Shown here: positions 29,487 through 29,755 of the stretch, piece after piece
Numbering within the stretch: the first letter of the stretch is position 1
Layout of the letters: every line of letters begins with the position of its first letter
Source of the DNA: Macrostomum lignano
Taxonomy: Eukaryota
Reading direction: 5' to 3'
Length of the DNA: 29,755 nucleotides
Assembly (NCBI GenBank): GCA_002269645.1
Contig: NIVC01004972.1
Location: 1-29,755, forward strand
The notes under the pieces: model-generated
The model's database searches: none
What the model saw: only the letters and a program-made list of their open reading frames with translations
What the model was told of the DNA's origin: nothing
Program-made: the position numbers and the translations under genes

Positions 29487-29755
29487 AACTCAGGCACTGT
29501 AGTTGGGAATTCAACTCTGGCACTGGGATAGGGTACTCAACTCAGGCACTGGGGTAGTAGGGTACTCAACTCAGGCACTGGGGAGTAGGGTTCTCAACTC
29601 AGGCAATGGGGAGTAGGGTACTCAACTCAGGCACTGGGAGTAGTTCTCACTGCAATGGGGAGTAGGGTCTCAACTCAGGCAATGGGAGTAGGGTACTCAA
29701 CTCAGGCACTGGGGGAGTAGGGTACTCAACTCAGGCACTGGGAGTAGGGTACTCA
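29487..29755. repeat. Minisatellite, about 28 bp unit AACTCAGGCACTGGGGAGTAGGGTACTC, runs off the right edge
   Basis: Direct reading. Confidence 0.93.

Overview
Eukaryotic (animal) genomic DNA with spliceosomal GT-AG introns, GC-rich exons and AT-rich introns. The style resembles a free-living flatworm such as Macrostomum, but that is an impression only. Four conserved genes are recognisable. (1) A minus-strand tropomyosin gene (~449-10993) with canonical tropomyosin exon sizes (134/118/147/63/70 nt), a short cytoskeletal-type first exon, an alternative ~420-aa disordered N-terminus, two 70-nt exon-8 copies, an orphan exon-6-like copy and a candidate terminal exon encoding a transmembrane tail anchor. 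(2) An intronless C2orf76/UPF0538 (DUF2340) gene on minus. (3) A two-exon UFM1 on plus. (4) The 5' part of MSH6 on plus (PIP box, PWWP, start of MutS domain I), whose later exons carry many 1-bp indels that look like long-read errors. A small secreted six-cysteine protein gene is nested antisense in MSH6 intron 3. About a fifth of the window is tandem repeat (about ten unrelated arrays). There are also four copies of a tRNA-headed CORE/Meta-type SINE and an AT-rich spacer enriched in the palindrome TAGGCCTA. Most long ORFs in the supplied track are artefacts of repeats or antisense frames. All exon models were derived by hand from splice signals and reading-frame phase, without transcript data.
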